Below the pieces are notes generated by a model. It ran no database searches, was not told where the DNA came from, and saw only the letters and a program-made list of their open reading frames with translations. Positions 63,562-64,000 of a DNA stretch of 64,000 nt are shown piece by piece (position 1 is the stretch's first letter; every line of letters starts with the position of its first letter). Location: the NCBI RefSeq assembly GCF_964204645.1, contig NC_134034.1:9746962-9810961 (forward strand), written 5' to 3'. The translations under genes were made by a program, and so were the position numbers. This DNA comes from Tubulanus polymorphus (taxonomy: Eukaryota > Animalia > Nemertea).

Positions 63562-63808
63562 CTTTAGATTCAATCTCTTTCGTTTCGGTTTCGGTGTTCT
63601 CCGACGACCGGCTCGACGGACGAGACAAATCCATATGACCGGGAATAATCGGCGGGAACGACGGACTGATCGACTGCGACCGACTGCTCGTGCCGCTGTC
63701 ATGGTCGACGTAGCCAGAACACGGCGTCTGAGTATCGATGCTGCGCGTGCCGCTGCCTCCGCGTATCAGTTCCAGTACGGGAGCGCGGTGTCCGTCGGGC
63801 GTTGGCTC
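63562..63808 (-). CDS. GLCCI1: GLCCI1/FAM117-family protein, internal exon (gene starts beyond the right edge)
   Basis: EPTPDGHRAPV...RSIDTQTP...SRSQSISP; PDGHRAP and RSIDTQTP are FAM117/GLCCI1 signatures; cag| acceptor, G|gtacgt donor. Confidence 0.9.
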
Positions 63809-64000
63809 CTGTATATGCTACAACGATACAATCAAAATAATAATAACAATAATAATATGCAATCGATCGAAGCAGCATTGCGAACGACAGGATTTACATC
63901 TGAAAGTAGTCCCCAGGCTGGTGTCATAGTCATGGCTTAGATTCAAGACACAGTCTTAGCTCCGTTTGGTTCTATAGCCAATCTAACAACTTAAGACCAG

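Noticed and set aside
62322-63808. Functional steroid-response cluster of GLCCI1 (glucocorticoid-induced) with EcR
   Set aside because: Only a name association; nothing in the sequence supports co-regulation or conserved linkage.

Overview
AT-rich, repeat-dense animal genomic DNA, most likely from a lophotrochozoan invertebrate judging by the nuclear receptor sequence. Three spliced genes lie in tandem on the minus strand. (1) An ecdysone receptor/NR1H gene has coding exons 6025-5770, 1707-1567 and 1373-1108; its ligand-binding-domain exons run off the left edge. Candidate non-coding 5' exons and promoters lie at about 23 kb, 46 kb and 48.6 kb. (2) A complete six-exon, ~504-aa divergent ionotropic-receptor (iGluR-like) gene without an amino-terminal domain spans 54746-50449. 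(3) The last three coding exons of a GLCCI1/FAM117-family gene span 63808-62322. The rest is intronic or intergenic. It holds eight copies of a ~290-bp TTAA piggyBac-type MITE, Harbinger-like MITEs, a mariner fossil, L2/Crack LINE tails, a tRNA-headed CORE-like SINE, a tRNA-Phe pseudogene, Penelope-type foldbacks with hammerhead-ribozyme motifs, and about 20 tandem arrays, several visibly amplified from MITE ends or interiors. The main leads are a perfect IR1 (EcRE/FXRE-type) element and a core-intact sense-strand minimal hammerhead ribozyme just inside the putative first intron of EcR, MITE-seeded satellite arrays, a degenerate hairpin array starting at the GLCCI1 stop codon, and the atypical gate and ligand residues of the IR. 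Most ORFs in the supplied track are repeat-derived or spurious. Exon structures were read by eye from GT-AG sites and frame continuity, without transcript support.
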